Assembly: GCA_026025075.1 (NCBI GenBank)
Contig: JAPEUI010000037.1
Span: 1 to 64,000 of the forward strand
Direction: 5' to 3'
Length of the DNA stretch: 64,000 bases
Source: Vezdaea acicularis
Taxonomy: Eukaryota
Made by a program: the position numbers and the translations under genes. Each line of letters begins with the position of its first letter. Position 1 is the first letter of the stretch. The notes beneath the pieces were generated by a model. The model did no database searches. It was not told the DNA's origin and saw only the letters and a list, made by a program, of their open reading frames with translations. Positions 39,001-52,800 of the stretch are shown piece after piece.

Positions 39001-40629
39001 ATGGGCGTGCCTTGTACCGAATCTCGAGGCTTGCATATTCGTGAGCAGATCTCCTGGGCTCACTGCTCCTGAGAGCGTGGATTTTGTCGATGTTTTGGAG
39101 GGTTTGGACGATGGATTCGCAGATCCGTTTGTCGGGTCTCGATACGCTACACTGTTTGCAGCGCGAGCGGCTGCTTCTTTTAATAAGCTGCTGCTAGAAC
39201 GCCTACGTCTTGTGCCCCTGCTATTGTGTAGTGCAATTCCTTTCATTCCCTCTTCAGGACCAATACGTTCCTTCTCCTTCAAGAACTTCTTTTTCAGTCG
39301 ATCTAGTGCTTCACCTCGGAGAAAGTTGGGCAGTTCATAGGTAGTGTATTTGTTCATGTTCTTCTCTGTGCTTAGAACTTCGCTGGTCAAACCTAGATAT
39401 GAATGGCTGGTTGCCAACGTCACGCGCTGTAATCGAGTGAGGATCACTTGAACTATGTGAGCGGTCGCTCGCGGATACACCCTGGTAAGACGACGGAAGG
39501 CTGCAGCTGGGATTATTGCGATAGTAGTATCAACAGTGGCTCTTGCGACAATGTCTGGATGAACGGACTTTGCTCGCTTCGGCTTTGATCTGTCAAGTGA
39601 AGGAGGTCGCTGATACGCTGACTCAAAATCGTCCACGTTATCGCCTTCGGTATCCAAAGAGAGAGGCGGGACTGCGCAATCCGGTTGGGTAACGCCATCC
39701 GTCATGGAGGCCATATGAGACGGATGGTGAGCATGTAACATCGTCGGACTCTCGGCTAGGTCCCGCGAGGAGACCATGTTATCCTGATCTTGATATCTGT
39801 CAGAGGGAAACTTTGTTTTTGTCCAACTAGCACTCGTAGGCCCTGAAGGAAGCGCACTCTCGCTGCTTCCGTCTTGTCGAAGTTTGACGTCTTCTGTAAA
39901 GAGCGAGAGTATGGTGAAGAGTGAGGACATTGGGGCTCCGTTCTTCACCTCTGTGAGTAATTGGTACCCCTGATTTCCACTCTCAGGCTCTTCATCATCG
40001 ACGTCTGCGCCACGGCTCTCTCTTGAAGACTTAACGAAAATCTGTATGAGTCCGTCAACAACGAGGCAAAATCCTTTCTCCTCCTCTAGATATAATGTTT
40101 CTCCCGCTATGAGCTTTCGAGTTTGCATTGATCGTGTGAGCTCATGAAAACTTTGCCTCTCCAGATAGCCAAAGACCTTTATAGCGCTTAGAAACTCGTC
40201 AAGGTAGTTCGCTAAACCGGCTTTCGAATCTCGCTCATTAGAATCAGGGAAGAGATCAATGTGCGGCTCTTTGCGCTGAGGCTCGGGTGGAAGTCTGGTA
40301 TAGAGGTTTAGTAGTCGATATCGAACGAACCAGCTGATTGAGGACGCGAAAGCTAAGGCTATGAGTAGTAAGGTGGTGAAGTTCATTGTAAAGGTCAAGC
40401 TTGTCGAGAAGAGGGTGAATAGCCATGTGGGTAGTGTGATGCTCGTGAAAGTTATAAGCCAGTACAGACTTCCGGGCAGCAACCTGATAATAAAGAGGGT
40501 TAGGCGAGCTATGAGGCTCAAGATAGAGCCAAGCAAGGAAGTTTTGTGCAACTCCTGCTCGATTGAAGCTGTCGCATTTTGGATAAAAGAGGGGGATTCA
40601 AGGGCCGTTTTCAAGGATTCTGACGCCAT
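36043..40629 (-). CDS. NTE1: Lysophospholipase NTE1 (cNMP-binding domains + patatin)
   Basis: Single 1528-aa ORF with an N-terminal TM region, cNMP-like domains and patatin motifs GGGGARG, GTSIG, DGG; ends RRASI. Confidence 0.97.
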   Translation of the reverse strand: MASESLKTALESPSFIQNATASIEQELHKTSLLGSILSLIARLTLFIIRLLPGSLYWLITFTSITLPTWLFTLFSTSLTFTMNFTTLLLIALAFASSISWFVRYRLLNLYTRLPPEPQRKEPHIDLFPDSNERDSKAGLANYLDEFLSAIKVFGYLERQSFHELTRSMQTRKLIAGETLYLEEEKGFCLVVDGLIQIFVKSSRESRGADVDDEEPESGNQGYQLLTEVKNGAPMSSLFTILSLFTEDVKLRQDGSSESALPSGPTSASWTKTKFPSDRYQDQDNMVSSRDLAESPTMLHAHHPSHMASMTDGVTQPDCAVPPLSLDTEGDNVDDFESAYQRPPSLDRSKPKRAKSVHPDIVARATVDTTIAIIPAAAFRRLTRVYPRATAHIVQVILTRLQRVTLATSHSYLGLTSEVLSTEKNMNKYTTYELPNFLRGEALDRLKKKFLKEKERIGPEEGMKGIALHNSRGTRRRRSSSSLLKEAAARAANSVAYRDPTNGSANPSSKPSKTSTKSTLSGAVSPGDLLTNMQASRFGTRHAHPSFSGGDPSFHHSWHESDSTYLPDTESPLAQRGFNPFASVSPQSKASIHRQDSLDEDGIFRESVLDCIFKAIGLTTTAEHLQKSTSVEQSPRLVSFDPTRQKAVFNNAFGNIDPFEGSAEGDSESVQSGPQSAVSVGSGFRHATLSSELRDDVEIVYFPKGSVLVEQGERNPGLYYVIDGFLDVSIPVEERHSDSSMLGGGLESFDHSNIDLPHPMNGSAAESMASASTSRRSGVKSKKWGRKSLFLIKPGGIAGYIGTISSYRSFIDVRAKTDVYVGFLPRSALERIVEKYPVVLLTMAKRLTSLLPRLILHIDFALEWVQINAGQVIYHQDDESDAIYIVLNGRLRAILENEDGKMRVVGEYGQGESVGELEVMTESARPATLHAIRDTELAKFPKTLFNSLALEHPGITIKISKIIASRMRALIEDPLFEQSRERGTMATSNKVTSTLNLRTVAILPVTAGVPVVEFGGRLMNALTQIGAPNGVTSLNQAAILNHLGRHAFNKLGKLKLSQYLADLEEKYGLVLYIADTNVNAPWTQTCITQADCILLIGLAEGSPSIGEYERFLLGMKTTARKELVLLHVDRYSKAGLSRQWLQNRVWINGSHHHIQMAFRTNQGPIHPQTKRFGTTLKQRVQVLQAEIQKYTSRRVRQAPLYSSENPGFKGDFHRLARRLCGKSVGLVLGGGGARGIAQIGVIRALEEAGVPIDIIGGTSIGAFIGALYARDADVVPMYGRAKKFAGRMGSMWRFALDLTYPSASYTTGHEFNRGIFKTFGDSQIEDFWLEYYCNTTNISKSRSEIHTSGYVWRYVRASMSLAGLLPPLCDEGSMLVDGGYVDNLTVAHMKSLGAEYIFAVDVGSLDDNTPQEFGDSLSGFWAALNRWNPFSSYPNPPTLSEIQARLAYVSSVDALERAKTTPGCLYMRPPIDAYGTLDFAKFDEIYQVGYEYGREYLEKLRERGVLPVMEETEEKKKLRRTMAPRRASI

Positions 40630-41301
40630 TGTGAGAACCCACGAGCTTTTGCAGCTCGCAGATATATCACCCTCCTGCCCAGCTGTGCCTTGAGGGAGTG
40701 CATGGGGGCCTCTGAAGGGCTGAGAAAGGTTGTGAATTGTGACTTCCTAGGCTGATGGGTTTGGTCGTCACAAACGAAGCGCAGATGACTGAAGCGAGAG
40801 ATCGCAACATGTGAAACCTTCGAATTCAACCACTGGCGAACCAAGAGAGAACGTGGTTAGAGATCAGGCACTTCAGCTGGAGCGCTAAATACCTTAAATC
40901 AGAGTGATCACCTGTGGATGTTATCCTGTTTAGCAGATGGCTTGTATCTTTGGACCGCTCACAAGGTTGTGCACGTACGTCATACCTTTACAGGCTACAG
41001 TCCCTCAATAGAGCTGTCTGTGATATTGGAGTATCCGTCCATCTGCGGTTGACGTTAATCCTATGAGATGTAGGCCGCCGAAGTCCTAGAGAAAGCGTTC
41101 CTTTGCCACCGGGAAGCGGCGCAAACCGCCGTCTGCGCCTGCTAAAGCCCGTAGCTCGATCGCAACACCAATCAACTTTCCGCAAAACCAATCTCCTTTG
41201 CAGGTGCATATCGCGTTCGAGATGAATAGATAAGCCCGCGCTCTCCATGCATTGTGCAGTTTTCCCACAGGACGTAAGTCGTAATCGACGAAGTCTAGAG
41301 A

Positions 41302-42732
41302 ATGGCAGATTTAAAGCTGCTGAATCCCACCGTCTATCAAGGCACTTTCATTCAATGCAAGAACCTTCAGGAGCTTGAGATTGTCGAAAACGGTGCGATT
41401 GCCGTAGACGAGTATGGCAAGATCGTTGCCGTGGATTTTTCAGGGAAGGGCGAAAGCGCTGTAGTTCTAGCTCTTGGTGAGAAGAAACACGATCTCGTTA
41501 CGACCTCCAAGAATCAATTCTTCTTTCCTGGCTTCATTGGTGAGTCTCCTGCATCAAAGGGAGGACTCGGCTTATAGGGGCCAGATACTCACATTCATGC
41601 CTCACAATATCCCAATGCCGGCATCTTTGGAAAATCCACGTTGCTGGACTGGCTGAATACATATACATTTCCATTGGAAGCATCCCTCGCAGACATCAAG
41701 AGAGCCCAGACCGTCTACAAGAGGTGCATTGCTCGTACACTATCACATGGGACGACTACTGCCTCCTATTATGCTACCGTTCACGTCGATTCTACCAATC
41801 TACTTGCAGACCTTTGTCTCGATATGGGCCAACGCGCCTTTATTGGCCGCTGTTGCATGGACAACCTTTCCCCTGACTTCTACAAGGATGCATCTCCTGA
41901 ATCCGCCATCATGGACACGGAGGCTACCATAGCTCATATAAAGAGCATCGATCCATCTTACGAGCTTGTCTGCCCTATTCTTACCCCCCGGTTTGCTCCT
42001 TCCTGCACCTCTGCGCTTCTCCATAAGCTCGGAAACTTGCATAAGGAAACCAAGCTACCCGTGCAGACTCATATCTCGGAGAACAAATCTGAGTGTCAGC
42101 TTGTCCGAAAGTTGTTTCCTGAAAGCACCTCATACGCTGAAGTTTATGACTCGCATGGATTGCTAACGTCAAAGATGGTTCTCGCTCATGCTATCCATCT
42201 CTCCAATGAAGAGTGTGCTCTTATCAAGGCCCGTGATGCCAAGATCAGCCACTGCCCTGCATCTAATAGTGCCCTTACATCCGGTGGGGCCAAGGTACGT
42301 GGTTTACTAGACCGTGGAATCACCGTGGGCTTAGGGACCGATGTTAGTGGTGGCTACTCTCCAAGCATGCTGGAAGCCGTGAGGCAGGCAAGTTTGGTTA
42401 GTAGACATGTCGCTATGCTAGACGGAGATGCTGCAAAGTTGAGTATCGAGGAAGTGCTTTATTTAGGAACGAGAGGAGGAGCAAAGGTCTTGGGTTTGGA
42501 AGACAAGGTCGGCGGTTTCGAGGTTGGTAAGGAGTGGGATACTCAATTAGTATCCTTGGCGATGGTAGAAGATGAAGAAGACAGCATCAATGATGGTAGA
42601 GGAGTCCCGTCACCGGTAGATATATTTGGATGGGAGAGCTGGGACGAGAGAGTGGCAAAGTGGGTATATAATGGTGACGACCGCAACACTACAACCGTAT
42701 GGGTCAAGGGAAGAAAGGTGCATAGCATATGA
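41302..42732 (+). CDS. GUD1: Guanine deaminase (amidohydrolase family), intron ~41540-41584
   Basis: FPGFI|DTHIHASQY, LDWLNTYTFP, TPRFAPSC, QTHISEN, AHAIHL, HCPASN, GLGTDVSGG. Confidence 0.95.
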
Positions 42733-43333
42733 ACCAATTTTGGGATGACGGAAGGAGCTATAGGCCATGGAACATGCTTTCTCGTGACCAAGAGCGCTAT
42801 TTTCTTGATAGACTGGAGTTTTAGGCGGGTCGTGGAAACCGAAAGTTCTACTGTGTATTCACTGGTTTTGTTATTATGCTTGTTCGCCAGCGAGAGGTTG
42901 TTGATCTGTCAGCCTCTACTCCTACCATAGCGCTGATTTAGCTGCATGTGCCGACTGCTCGGGGGCATAAAGAAAAATAAGAGTCCGTCCCGTGCATGAG
43001 CATGTTGTGAAGAAGATATCATGAGCCATAGCCCATCCGCTGAATTATGACTTCTTGACTTCTTGACGCCAACCACGAGGAAGCTCTTCGCTATGCACGG
43101 CTATTATACAATGATTGGAATGCCGGCCTTTAGAGGAAAGTTTACCAGGTTCGTTGCGATTGGTAGTGGCGTCCCCTCAGTTAAGGGTCCTCGCGTATTC
43201 TTGCCCCGCTTCGGAAATACAAACGGACTTCCGATGGGTGTCCGAGCGAGCAATAAGCTTCCAACTTAAATAAAGCATTAGCTTTCCCTGCTCCACGCCT
43301 CGACGATCCTCCGGCAATCAGTCACCCAAGAGT

Positions 43334-45076
43334 ATGCGTCGCGTTCAGATCTTTTCTGGAAGTTCTCACCCGGTCTTAGCAGAGACTGTCTGCCAAGCCC
43401 TAGGCACTGTTCCGTCGAAATGTGAGCTGAAGAAATTTAGTAATGGAGAGACCAGTGTTAACATTGGATGCTCAATTCGGAATCAAGATGTGTTTGTGGT
43501 GCAGAGTGGGAGTAACAAGGTTAATGATAGTATTATGGAGCTGTTAATCTTGATCTCTGCATGTAAGGGAGGCTCCGCAAATAAGATCACAGCTGTCATG
43601 CCCTATTTTCCTTACTCGAGGCAGAGCAAGAAGAAGTCCCAGCGAGGTGCTATTACGGCAAGGATGATTGCAAATCTGCTTTCTGTTGCAGGTGTTTCTC
43701 ATGTGATCACCGTCGACCTCCATGTGAGCTTTATGAACTCCCGTTCCGACCGATACTGCCTCGGACTGACTTCGATCCCCTGGACAGGCTTCTCAAATGC
43801 AAGGCTTCTTCGGCAAACCCGTGGACAATCTTCATGCAGAACCGTTAATTGCTCGATGGATCAGGCACAATGTCCCTAATTGGCGGGAAGCCGTTGTAGT
43901 GTCGAAGAACCCTGGCGGAACGAAAAGGGTTACGTCTCTGGCAGATGCACTCAAGCTCAACTTTGGCATTGTTACTACGGACAGACGTCGTGGCGCTATG
44001 AACATGAGCTCGAGCATGATTCTCGCTGGACCGGAAACTTGTGAAAACAGCGACGACGATCCTTCCGTGGAGGTTCATCGAGTTCCGATGAAGCGTTCAG
44101 ATTCAATAGAAAAAATAAACTATCAAGACTCGAAACGAGCATTGGAAGAAGCACAAAAGACAGCTCCAGCACCATCACATCAACTCAACAACGGGCATCA
44201 TGGTTCATCGATCCATTCGCCACTCGCTCACTCTACTCGTGTTGATTCCATCTCCAACTCGCCGCCCATTCCACCTCGACTTGCACGTGTGTCCACTTCT
44301 CCCTTGCCCCTGCCCTCCCCTCGTACCGCTGCGGATGGGGACGACTACACCGACGAGCGCGCTCGAGAAGTTATTACCGGTCGTCTAATACACGGCCACA
44401 TCGTTGATGACGATTATCCCTCACCCAGTATGTCTGCAACATCTAACGGTACCCAGAACTTACCCACTCGGGTCCCTGGCTTGGACGACGCTGTGCCCTC
44501 CCCAACTGCTGACCCCATGACTGCATCTCACGCATCATCTTTCTTCTCAGTTCCTGCAGGCGAGCATAGTATCAAGGGCGATATGTTTGACGGAGCGGGC
44601 GAGAGCTCTGATGAAGAGGAACAGGTGCTCAAAAACCCTGAGGTTGAGCACATGGTTACACTAGTTGGGAATGTAAGGGGAAGAGCCGTCTTCATTCTTG
44701 ACGATATGATTGAGAAGAGTGGAACTTGGATTGCTGCTGCCGAGACGGTCCGAAAAAGGGGTGGAGCGGAGAAGGTTTACTGCATCGCTACACATGGAGT
44801 GTTTGGCAATGACAGCCTGCAGGAGATGCAGAATTGTGAATGTATTGACTATGTAAGTGCTTTCTTAATATCCATATGGACCTTGGCGAAAGAGGACCCA
44901 CTAACCACTCAACGGATTAGATTGTGGTTACGAACACCTATCCTATCCCTCCGGATCAAGCTCGAAGAGCTAAAAAGCTTATCGTCCTTGACATCTCCAA
45001 CCTGCTCTCGGAAGCAATCCGAAGAAACCACTACGGCGAAAGCATCTCCGCACTGTTCCAACACTACTTAGACTGA
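43334..45076 (+). CDS. PRS1: Ribose-phosphate pyrophosphokinase, Prs1 type with a long non-homologous insertion; 3 exons
   Basis: FSNGET, MPYFPYSRQSKKK, VDLH|ASQMQGFF, VVSKNPGGTKR, ILDDMI, ATHG, last exon IVVTNTYP...SEAIRRNHYGESISALF. Confidence 0.93.
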
Positions 45077-46720
45077 AATGACTTATGATGGTCCTCCTCC
45101 ACTCTAACGAATTCATGACGACTATGTTCCTACGGCCCCTGTTTCAAGATTGACAAGAATTGAGCTTTGTTTTGAGCGAGTGTGCATGGCGGCGCCTGGG
45201 CATTTTCACGGCGTTAGGCAAGCGGAGGGCTTTCTCCTTGTTTATGTGTTAAATACACGGGTATTTATTAATCTAGCTCTATGCTCTCCATAAGACTTTG
45301 TATTCTTTCCTTGTTCTTTCCATGGTACCCGCCTTTCGCTCCGTCTCCGTGCTTCGTCGGAAGTTTGCCCGCAAGCGCACCAAGCGCTACCACACCAGCG
45401 ACGCAGAACCCTCGGGGATCTGCAAGAGCTCCGCTTTCCCTCTAGGACGGGGCTCTTAACGGAGCGTTGGCAGAATAACACACCCGGGAACCGAAGGCGC
45501 CCCTCCCCCAACCTCCTTCTCCAGCCAGTCTGGACGGACGGACGCTATGGGAGTGGGCGCAAGAGAACCTCCCATACACACCCAACCAACCCTTTATCCA
45601 ATCCCCCCCCCAGCCCAACCATCCCTTCCCCAAGTTTGCCTCTCCCCACAACCCCCCAGAAAACGCACGAAAGGCACGAAAGGCACGAACCCATACACCC
45701 ATGCACCCTCCACTCCACCCCCCAGCCCAGCCTAGCCGCACCACTCCCCCGGGATCCGTCCGTTACACAAACACCTCTATGCACGTAGGCCCGGCCCGCC
45801 CCATCTCGCAGCCGCGCCCGACTGTCGCACAAACAACACCTCTACAGTAGCGCGGGGGGAAAGCGCCGCCTCGCATGCGGGCCGGCCCGTGCATGCCTCT
45901 GCATGTGCTGGGTATGGCGGGTGCCTGGATTGGGCTGGGTGCTTTGTGTGGGTGGGTGTGGGGTTCTGAGGTTGGGTTGGGTTTGGGTTGGGTTGGGCTG
46001 GTACGAAGGTTGCGGAAGGGAGGGTTTCTACGGGGTAGAGTGGGGGAGCATGAGACTCTTACTAGCTTGTCCACAGGTGCGGTGTGCGTTTCACGGCCAT
46101 AAGTGGGAAGAGAGGATGATGCGTTTGAGGTTTCAAAGGGGTGTGATTGGTGGCAATGACGCCGCGCGCACGAAGCTGCTTGATTGTTGCTTGATTCTAG
46201 GTCGGGATATGGGGGGGGGTAATCGATCTAAGAAGTGCAAAGAAAGGCTAATACCTTTGTACATGACGCCAGAGAGCTCGTGAGATTGAGAAAAATAAAG
46301 ACGCCCTGGTGCTCCTTGCGCTTGGCTTTCTAGAATGTGTGAGGCGAGAGAATTTCTATCCAAAGCGCCTCCAGTCCCAGTCCGAATCCCAGTTCCTATC
46401 CCGCTTTGCCCTCCCTTTCGAATGAAGTTCCCTGCCGCCCAGAAATGTGAAGTGAAGCGCAGTGGTGATTAACCGGTATATAGCTAAAAGGCTTATGCCT
46501 GGGACGGGAGCCTCGGACGACCGGAAGAGCGGAGCCTGGTCATACACTACTCTAGCCAGCGAAATAGAATATTCGATTTCGTGAATGGCTAGGCCAGGAT
46601 GCTCATCAGGCTCATTGGTGATACCGTAGGCTCCTACCATGCAGATGTCATGCATATTAAAGCGTCCCGTCATAGAATGAAAGATATTCGCCTGTCGATC
46701 GTCTTTTCTATAGAATCTGT

Positions 46721-46885
46721 TCATGCCGTGTAACAACATGACCTGCAGGTTTTCATCTTGCAGTATTTACACTCGAAAATGAACCAGTGTGGGCCGGAGA
46801 GGCACATAGCACAATTCCAGAGGAGAAGCGTAGTCTCCGATTTGATAATCTGGAAGGAGTGGTGACAACGTGAAGCGGCGGCCAT
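46721..46885 (-). CDS. Small Cys-rich putative zinc-finger microprotein (54 aa; possible N-terminal extension from an upstream exon)
   Basis: MAAASRCHHSFQIIKSETTLLLWNCAMCLSGPHWFIFECKYCKMKTCRSCCYTA*. It has three CxxC pairs, a strong Kozak context GCCATGG, and a CTGAC...TTAG acceptor 30 nt upstream. It falls below the ORF-track length cutoff. Confidence 0.72.
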   Translation of the reverse strand: MAAASRCHHSFQIIKSETTLLLWNCAMCLSGPHWFIFECKYCKMKTCRSCCYTA

Positions 46886-49833
46886 GGCGAGTTGGGGGGT
46901 GGCTGCAGCGGAGGCCTAAGTGAGGTCAGATCAGCAAATGGGTGCAGCTAAGTTGAAGGTTGTGCGGTAAAGAATTCTGTTTACTTTGAGAGCGTAACCA
47001 AATTACTTTGAAGTTCAATGTGCGAGTGCGTATAGTACCGATTCGAAAAACATATACAGACGCAAATCCTGACGTAGGTGAATATGGAGAGATTCCTGGT
47101 GCCGAAGAACGCACATGAGATTCTTCCCAAATATATATATGTCAAAATTTTGAATGATGCAGGGCTGAATTTGTCAGGGTTGTTTTCTATTTTACTCGTT
47201 CACCCCTCCCAGCCCTAGTCATATGTGGTCGGCCAGCTGGCCGCCTGTGATTGTGACCGGGGCAGAACACTAGCATCCGTGGTTGGCCCTAATCGAAAAT
47301 TTGCCGTGTTGAACCTTAATGATGCCCTAGCCGGCGCCAAATTTGAGGTTCGCCTTTCGAGTTCGTTTGACGTCTGATCGCTTGGTGTTCCGTTTTTAGC
47401 AGGCGTCCTTTGAGTTGAGACTGCCCTCGAAAGCACGAGTTACTTGAGAATTTTGATGGTTAGAAGAGTTGAAGAAAAAGATCCGCGACGATTCATCATG
47501 GAAGGGGCAGGCACCCACATCCTGTTGCCTGCCACATCCCAAATAATTCTTGACAGTATGCCTTGGTCGGTATCTTCGACTTTGATTCACACCGCTTCAA
47601 TAGTGGGCGGAATAAGTGTCCCGGAAGCCATGTCGACGGGACCTCAGCCGAGAGCCATGAGACTAAGGCCGGTATCTAGCGCCAAAAAGGGGGCCCAGCC
47701 AAGGACGGTGGTAGACATGGTGTCGATTGCAAAATGCCGGATGCCTGCTTCGAGGAGAATCATGAGATAGTGTGATCAGGCGCGCAGATAGAGCGTCGTC
47801 GATTGCTATCTGCTTCTATCCCTGCTCTCGCCGCAGTAGATCTCTGGATTCCAACCCGTTCAATCACGTGGTGATAAGGCATAAGGCCTCAAGTTTCCAT
47901 CAGGCTCCCCTCATCGGAAAGAGTGAGAGAGATCCTGCCGTTTTGGCGCTGTTGCTACCAGAAAGCAAGCAGGAAAGGGAAGGGCAATCAAACACCAAGA
48001 TGGTTTTGGTTTGCTCCTAGGCCAGAAATGGACAGACGATGCCCGAGACAGGAAGAGATGGCGTACTGCTGATCCAACCCTTTTGGAGGGTACTGGCGGC
48101 TGAAGGTAGAGCGTCGCGCGGCTTCATGGTGTGATTAGTCAAAGACAAGCTTGCGATCACAGCGGACGCCACAAGATTGGAAGCTACTGGTGCCATCACG
48201 TTCGGCGGCGGCGGGCAGATCTGTCGACAGACGTCTCCTGATGGGGTTGGGTCGAGATGTGAAAGCGTTCGGGTCGTCGATTTGCGGTCGGGTCACTCGC
48301 TAAGACACATGACCGTGCGCCGCTTTCTGCTCTAGCGGGCTTGGGGAGGCTACGGCAGTCACAGCGCGCTGGATCCGGGTTGGTGGGATCCCAGAAGAGC
48401 TTCGTGCAGCGCCATACGAGGGTATGCCTGTCCACGCTGGCCATCACCATTGCATGGCAGGACACGCTCGCGGCACTTTGAAGCCGCATCGTCCGCGACC
48501 ATGCGCCGGTGGGAATGCCAGTCTCCCATGCCTGCCCCACTGCCGGGGTCGCGAAGTGCCATCACGGACCCTCGGGTGGGACCTCGCCAGTAGGCATCGC
48601 CGTAGAGCTCATTGGGGGCTTTGTTAGAGCCTTCACCTCCCAACGCTCCACCTCCTCACCGCCCAGACACTTTTCTTTTTGTTGATCTTTTAGCTGTGAT
48701 TGGTGAGGACGCAGATCCGCAAGAAAGTCCGTCAGCCTCTCATCTTGCATGCATCATCGGTGTTTAGTATCTCTCGATCGATCGATTAATCCATCCGACT
48801 GCTCGCAACACCAGCACCTGGATCACACTCCCCTCATCCTGATATGAGGCCAATAAAGGCCGCGAATGGGCGCGTCCATGGGCGCCACCGTATGCACGAG
48901 CGGCCGCATGCGGCGTAGACCCACACGTCGGAGGGAAGGAAACCGATCAAACGTTGTTTGATGTGGTGCGCTCGTCACGCATTGGTCGCACAAGCAAACG
49001 TCCATCCCCTTGATATCCACTTGTGACTCCTCAAGTCGACGGGGGAAGTAAGCAGTCATCGTCATAATAGGCAAAACGTGCTGTGCGGACCAATGTCCAT
49101 CGGTTATATTAACCGTCTAGGCGGCGAGAATGACATGACCATATCGATCTCAATGACGAGAGCTGTCTCTCCGCATCATATCCTCAAATACCCCACAAGA
49201 AAGCCTTGTCGAACCTTATGTACAAGCTTTACCATGGTCAGCCGCTGGTCAGCATGGAGACCAATCTCCTCATCATGCTGCAGGCACATCCCCCCCCCGT
49301 CTTCCCTAGACAACATGTTTGTGTAGCTGTGTGCATATGCAATCTGCAATGCCTGCCTTAGCGAGCCTGCAAGTGACGACAAACAACACAGCATTCGTTT
49401 CGAAGATCGGACATTTTCCTCTGGCGTTTCGCAAGTTGGGATCTCCGTACGAAGTACGACATCGTCTTCTTTTTCCTAGCTTTAGGAAGAAGCAGGAACC
49501 GCAATAGCTCAGCAATCGCGTTTTCCAGCGATTCACGGTCAGAAGTTCATGTGAGGAAAAGCCACACAAAATGACGGTTTCAAGCAATCGAGCGTGCCAT
49601 ACCTACGACATCCGAAGCCGTCGCTAGATTGCTGTCCCTTGCCCCGGAATCAAGTGAAAGGAAGCCCGCGCAGGGGCTTTCGTACAGCTTTTGAGACCCG
49701 TTTATAACAAACCCTTTTGCGCCCAAGAGGCAATTTCATACGGGTTGCAAATGCGATCGGTCAGTTGACATCGAGTGATGCGCGCACCGTAGGCTAAGAT
49801 GAATTTCATCCAAAGGTTATGCCGTGCAGGAAT

Positions 49834-52800
49834 TCACAGTGGCATTGAGTTTTCTAAACTCGAATCATTCCTAAGGTCATCAGTTGGAGAGTGTCGAGGC
49901 CGTTGAAATGTACGAGGATCCTTCTCTGACAGGTCAATTGCCAGAAAACTCTTCGGCAATTTGACTCTACAAGAGGTGACTGGCATTAGGCAATCATTCA
50001 GGTCTGATCTTATCGAGGAATACTCACTGATGGAACTTCGCCCTTAACGTTTCAATTACGTCCTTCCAGTCTCCATGGGCTGTCAGGCTTCTCCTAGGCG
50101 CGCAACCAATAGAGTGCTTTGCATCGAGTTGCAAGTCCAACGGATCGACAGTATGGCACCCAGGCGAAATACTGATGCGAATGCTGTACGCAAAAGTAGT
50201 CGCTTCTCCTACTGCTGGTCCGTCCGCTGCCTTGTTCTCCGACTCATAGAGCTCAAAGCAGATCTGGGAAAGATAATCTAACTCAGGAATGGCGTTTCGT
50301 TCGATCTTCGTTTTGATACCTCCTTCAAGGATGCAGTTCAAGAGGGTGTATATATGCGACTCCTTGGTGAAATACACGAATGTCTTGGCGTCCCCTGAAG
50401 CCTGTACTTCCTCTAGATCTTTGACAATCTCCTTCAGCAGAGGTAGAGATGTCAGAAGTCCGATTTCTAGCTTTTCACGGTCCTCTATGCCGTACTCCTG
50501 TGGACAAACAAAGTCAAATAGCACCTTCGCGAGTTTATAGAGCTCACGAAGCTTTTCAAGGCGTACATCAAGCTTTGCTTTGGTTTGACCTGTACCAGTG
50601 AACAGCTTGAAATATGACTCTTTTCGCTCTTCTTCTGCTGCCGTCTTTGCTAGTGTTTGAGCATTGAGCATAGACCTTCGTCTGAAACCCATCCGGTGGG
50701 CAATGTTCGGTTTTTCTGTCTTGTCCGATAATGTTGTCCCGTCCGCCTTATCAATTGATTTTGATGTTGAGAAAGAAGGTAGGCTATCAGTGTCAATATG
50801 GCCTGCTTCTGAAGATCTCAAAGTTGGGGATTTGTCTTCACTAGCAGACTCTTCTAGCGTGCTACTCTCTGGTGTAAATACCCACTCTAGAAACTTCCGG
50901 TTGTGCAGGGCATCAAACTTCATTGTGTCATATAGTTCAGAGATCTTGCTGGGATCAACTTTTTCCGAATCGCAGAACTCTGCGAAAAGTTTCTCCCACC
51001 GCTCGCGAAAAAGTTCTGCGTCCTCGCCGCAACACCACCGATCTTGAATTGCAGAAACTGCTTGACTTTGGGCTGGAGCGCCAGAAGATGTTGTCCCCAC
51101 ATTTTGTGATACATCACCCGGATGTGCAATAGCAGCAAGTGAGGATGTGGCACCAGCTGCCAATTTGGTATAGTTTTGCCGCATGACCCGCCTATGGAAC
51201 TTCATTAATTCGACCACTGTTTTGAGCACAACTGATGGTTCCGGCATATTATCCTTTGGCCAAGCAAATTGCGGAGGGCGCTCGTGACCTTCTCGCAAGA
51301 GTGTCTTCAGCTTCTTTTTGACTTTGTCCATTTCATCTTTGGCGGCATTCGAATCATCAAGGAGATCTTTCCTGATCTTAACGAGGTTGCCAGGGATTTC
51401 CTTTTCGTTCAGAAAAGCTGAAGCCCATATTTGGGCGCTCGTACTCACTCTTCTCTCAGAACTACTGAAGATGGCGACGTCTTCGATAGCCTCTCCATTC
51501 ATAAGGAGGAGATCCTCTCTCATGTTTGAGCCCAAGTCTTGCGCTTGATATCTTGCAGAATGTGTCGGCTCTCCACCCCACTTGACTACCAGTTGCAATT
51601 TGTCCAGCACAAGATTGTTCTCAGCGGCAGAAATGCGAGATAACGTTACGCCAGAGATAGAGTCGCTTCGAACAGGGCCCTGACCCCCCAAATCTTTGGT
51701 TTCTCCTGTGACTCCATCATTTGCAACAGCTGCGGCTGCGGCTACAATCGTTACCTTAGAATTTGACGCCGACTCAGTCTTGGTATCTGTCGCCCCAGCC
51801 TCTCTCGAATGCGTTCGCATGAGAGCGTCTCCTATTGCCGGGAGATCCTCTGGCTTCGGTTTCCGAAACATGGGCTTAATCTGAACTTTGGTCCCCACCC
51901 ATGCGCCTTTCCTTGCAAGAGATGTACGCAGGAGCTTGAGTTTGTCTTTGTCCTCTATCCCCTCTCGTAGGGCTATCTTCACGGCGTCCTCGACGCTTTT
52001 CAAGGCTCCTTCCCCCTTTAGAAGGACTTCTTCTTGGTGGCCATTTAGAAGATCTGTAAAAGGTTTAGTATGAAAAGTGAACTTGAATTTCTGTTTCGGC
52101 GTTCTGTCTGCATGGCGAATGACCGAGACCATGCCCTTGAGCTTCCAAGAATGTTTGGGTGCTGGAGTTGGAGCTGGGGTAACATATCCCTGTGGTGTTT
52201 GCTCTGCAGAATGCATGCGTTGTAGGGTATTCGATCCAGAAGGCGAAGTAGACGGGGCTGAAGAGTTTGAGTGCTCAGCGTCAAAATCAAAAGCTCTTAG
52301 GCGCGGGGGAAGTGCTCGTTCTAAGCTAGGCGGTGATGTTAGGGAAAAGCTTTGATCAGGCGATGCAGTGCCGTGAGTATTCCGACTATTACTTCGATGG
52401 TGACCTCCCGCAAGTCTTGGCAAGCTTGGAGACCTTCCTAGGATACTTTTGAGCGTTGTTCGGTGGCTATTTGAGGAATGTCTTCCAGGACCAGCTCCTG
52501 CTTGGTCGTTTGCGTTTTCTGTCAGACTTGACTCTTGATCGTGAAGATTCACGCCAGATGCTGATCGTTTGTGTTGGATAAACATATCTCTTAGTAGATC
52601 GGCGCATTTATCGTAGTATTCCTTATTATCTTTAACAAAGCTCCACCCGTTCACGTCTATGACATAGCTTTTACCACCGACTCGTAGAAGGTCAAACCCG
52701 CACACTCGCTGGCCAAATGAATCGGCAATACGGCTAGCCATTCCAGCTTCGTCCTTCGTCAAGCCTGTTATATAGCGGATCTCCTTTCCATGGGTATTAC

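Noticed and set aside
45665..45690. GCACGAAAG x3, resembling SCB (CACGAAA) boxes
   Set aside because: It lies between convergent 3' ends rather than in an evident promoter and is more simply a short tandem duplication.
46356..46739. 127-aa minus-strand ORF
   Set aside because: It overlaps the end of the better-supported Cys-rich microprotein in another frame, has no motif, and is probably 3' UTR.
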